Of a stretch of DNA of 64,000 nucleotides, positions 62,501 through 64,000 are shown piece after piece. Position 1 is the stretch's first letter, and each line of letters opens with the position of its first letter. The notes beneath the pieces are model-generated. The model saw only the letters and a list, made by a program, of their open reading frames with translations, ran no database searches and had not been told where the DNA came from. This stretch comes from Zygnema circumcarinatum SAG 698-1b. Its lineage: Eukaryota > Plantae > Zygnematophyceae. A program made the translations under genes and the position numbers. The stretch spans positions 1,364,001-1,428,000 of the forward strand of contig CM074815.1 of NCBI GenBank assembly GCA_037447605.1, read 5' to 3'.

Positions 62501-64000
62501 GTGTATCAGACTGCTCAGCAGCATCTGAAGTCGTAATGCCTGGGCGCAGAGTTATTCGTCGTGCGCCACAACGCAAAACACAAGTGGGTATGGAAAAATC
62601 CATCTGAGCCTTGACCATGGTTAACCACTGACTTCCCAGAATAACATCTAGGCCAGGCGCCAGATTAGTGACCAAACACCGAATCTGCCCTGAGTAAGTC
62701 TGAATCTTCAGACGTGTGGTTATGGTGCCAAGGATTTGACCCTGTCTTCCATCACCAAAAGTCACGACTTCGGTGAGAGGGGAGACAGACAAGTCAACAA
62801 GCTTAACAAGTACAGCACTAATGAAATTAGAATCAGCACCTGAATCAAGTAAAACTACTACAGATCTGCCGCCAATGAATCCTTGAAAGGTCATTGCACG
62901 GTGTGCAAGGTGGAAGAGTGACCGCAATACATACGATGATGGAGAACATGAAGTCCGCCAGATCAAAGGGTACGGCGATCCAACCAGCAAACTGGTAGAA
63001 GTATCCACCCAATGTAGCATGGGATGGCCTTTTCGCCACATCTTGACCAACTTCCAGTTAGTATGGCTAAAAGTCCCAATAGAAGCATGCAAAGGCATCA
63101 ATACATGCAAACTTGAAACATGATTAGTGGTGCGCTGTAAACGTAAAGCAACAAATAGGCAATCAATAAGAGACACATTACCTGAAGGATTCAAAATCCA
63201 AACAGTCAATTGTTCTCCATTCATCACAACATTCATGAAAGAGTCAGGAGTCACGATTAAGGAAATCGAGAATGGAATCACATTCAGATGCTCAGGACAC
63301 AAAGTCACAAAGACATCATGGTCATCCGGCTGTCTGCCCATCACATTCAGAATGTCAAGAGGTTGTGGTACAAGCAAGCCTCTAGAACTGATAGCAGCAG
63401 CTGCAATCCTTAATCCATCTTCTCCACCCGCAGCGACTCCTACACTGCTGGTGGTGTGCCGTTTTCCGGCCCTTTTCCCTTCTTGTCCTTGATGCTTTGC
63501 GGACAGTCCTTCGCCATATGGCCAGACTGCCGGCATCGGAAACATCGTCCTTCCTTCTTCATCTTCTCCATTTCCTGTGGAGTAAGCTTCTGCACCTTCG
63601 CAGAAGGCTGTGGGGCAGAGGTTGCACTCGGCTTCCTCTTCTGCGGATTTGCCCCCTTAAGCTTTGGAAATGAAGGGAAGAGCTTCCGGTCTGCCTCTGG
63701 AGGTGGTGGACGTGAAGGCCCGGCGCTGCCGCCAGGAAAGGAATCAGCTTGCAAAGCCGCCGCATAGAAGAATTCTGCATCCACGGGCTCCCACGGTTGA
63801 GATGTACGTGGATTTAATCGCAATTCCTTCTTCAAATGCGGCTTCAGGCCCATCCAAAAGTGATAAAACACTGCTTCATCAGTAGGACGATGTGTCTTAA
63901 TGAGTGACACCGTCATACGCAGATCTCGCAGGAACTTCTTGGCACTACCAGTCTGTACCATACTGTGGTACCTTTGACGCGCTTCCATTCCAGGATCCAA
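59519..64000 (-). mobile_element. Ty3/gypsy chromovirus (family A), near-intact gag-pol
   Basis: gag 63440-64000; pol 60579-63545 (unknown domain, [10 protein letters not shown] protease, RT, RNase H); integrase 59519-60572 after two 1-nt deletions in the zinc-finger region. The C-terminal peptide HVSLLKAYRHDGRIQPPPTPVEIEGDLEYEV is identical to that of ORF 72-515. Confidence 0.95.
60579..63545 (-). CDS. pol: Pol polyprotein (unknown domain-PR-RT-RH-start of IN), -1 frame relative to gag
   Basis: 988-aa ORF with DSG protease, [76 protein letters not shown]. Confidence 0.95.
   Translation of the reverse strand: [988 protein letters not shown]

Overview
Eukaryotic scaffold with many 10-N gaps. 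Intron-rich ROP, NUP62 and plant-type glycosyltransferase genes point to a streptophyte, probably an alga such as a Zygnematophyceae member (inference). Layout: (1) 1-20.1 kb is a deeply nested LTR-retrotransposon cluster containing chromodomain Ty3/gypsy families A and C, an unclassified PBS-bearing fragment G, a Ty1/copia element E, its gag-bearing relative D with no recognisable pol, and a solo LTR F. (2) 21.2-37.2 kb is a gene island with a putative three-domain GT8-GT64-GT61 glycosyltransferase (+), a ROP GTPase (-) and NUP62 (-). (3) 37.4-42.3 kb is a TIR-bounded PIF/Harbinger(PHIS)-like element enclosing an exon-deficient TrmL/SpoU tRNA methyltransferase gene copy that has a tRNA-like cloverleaf in one intron. 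(4) 42.3-48.2 kb holds palindromic satellites and a foldback-like long inverted repeat. (5) 48.2-64 kb is a second nest (F, then A, then B). Strongest leads: an unexplained ~180-aa domain between Gag and protease in all three gypsy families, reached through a structurally conserved -1 frameshift signal; the GT8-GT64-GT61 fusion; and the Pack-type capture of trmL. Family letters A-G are my own labels. All identifications come from motif recognition by eye; no database searches were run.
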